DNA of 64,000 nt, from positions 1 to 64,000 of the forward strand of contig CDRNVI010000012.1 in assembly GCA_977017575.1 (NCBI GenBank), written 5' to 3'. A model generated the notes under the pieces. The model ran no database searches, had not been told where the DNA came from, and saw nothing but the letters and a program-made list of their open reading frames with translations. A program made the position numbers and the translations under genes. Each line of letters starts with the position of its first letter. Within the stretch, counting starts at the first letter, position 1. The DNA is from Paramoeba atlantica. Lineage: Eukaryota > Protista > Discosea. Positions 63,704 through 64,000 of the stretch are shown piece by piece.

Positions 63704-64000
63704 ATGATAGAACGAAATGAACTGGTGGAAGGAACGTCAGAAGAACTCCAAGATGCGCATCAATCGAGTGCGGAAATATTGGAGTTCAAGCAAAAGCTAC
63801 GTAAGCATAAGATTACTCTTCATTTCGGATATTGTGGCGATGCTTATCATGGTTCCGCGGCCATGTGTAATAAACTCTTCCCCACCGTTGAGGATACGTT
63901 ATTTCAGTCCCTGTGTAAAGCTCGTCTGTTTTCCCTAGAGAATCAAAACGGAGACTGGCAAAACAAGAACTCATGGAAGCGTGCGTCACGAACCGACAAA
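63704..64000 (+). CDS. PUS1: tRNA pseudouridine synthase, TruA/PUS1 family (3'-truncated by the window edge; absent from the supplied ORF track)
   Basis: Manual translation: MIERNELVEG...KITLHFGYCGDAYHG..PTVEDTLFQSL..WKRASRTDK; RASRTDK carries the catalytic Asp. Confidence 0.85.
   Translation, partial: MIERNELVEGTSEELQDAHQSSAEILEFKQKLRKHKITLHFGYCGDAYHGSAAMCNKLFPTVEDTLFQSLCKARLFSLENQNGDWQNKNSWKRASRTDK

Noticed and set aside
1-64000. Stop-codon reassignment (Blastocrithidia-type), introns, tRNA, rRNA or SL-RNA genes
   Set aside because: Conserved proteins read full length in the standard code, and no tRNA, rRNA or spliced-leader motifs were recognised by eye; covariance-model scans were not run.

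Overview
Eukaryotic genomic DNA, most likely from a divergent kinetoplastid. This is an inference from three things: about 30 intronless host ORFs all lie on the + strand like a polycistronic unit, HSP83 and fibrillarin carry kinetoplastid-type motifs, and PEPCK ends in PTS1 (-AKL). The strong divergence suggests an early-branching lineage, which I cannot confirm. Bases 1-15 kb are the 3' part of a tandem HSP83 (HSP90) array with a 2587-bp unit (5 full copies and 1 partial). Housekeeping genes follow: a receptor-like pseudokinase, V-ATPase G, RAD17, fibrillarin, a FUSC-like transporter, PEPCK, ELP3, SKP1-like, SEC61 gamma and GDP-fucose synthase. A mobile-element island at about 35.7-47.5 kb contains a Tc1/mariner DD35E transposon, several TA-flanked MITEs (one nested), a fold-back region, and a higher-order array of palindromic TTCCA-N7-TGGAA motifs. 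It also holds a VIPER-like tyrosine-recombinase retrotransposon (gag, YR, RT-RNaseH) whose RT has an atypical catalytic motif. The rest encodes a GPx-type peroxidase, RPN12, a chorismate-lyase-like protein, mL52, a LYR protein, a CLK kinase, UPF0390, a Wee1-like kinase, an FAD oxidoreductase and the start of a PUS1/TruA gene. All calls come from visual motif recognition; no database searches were run.
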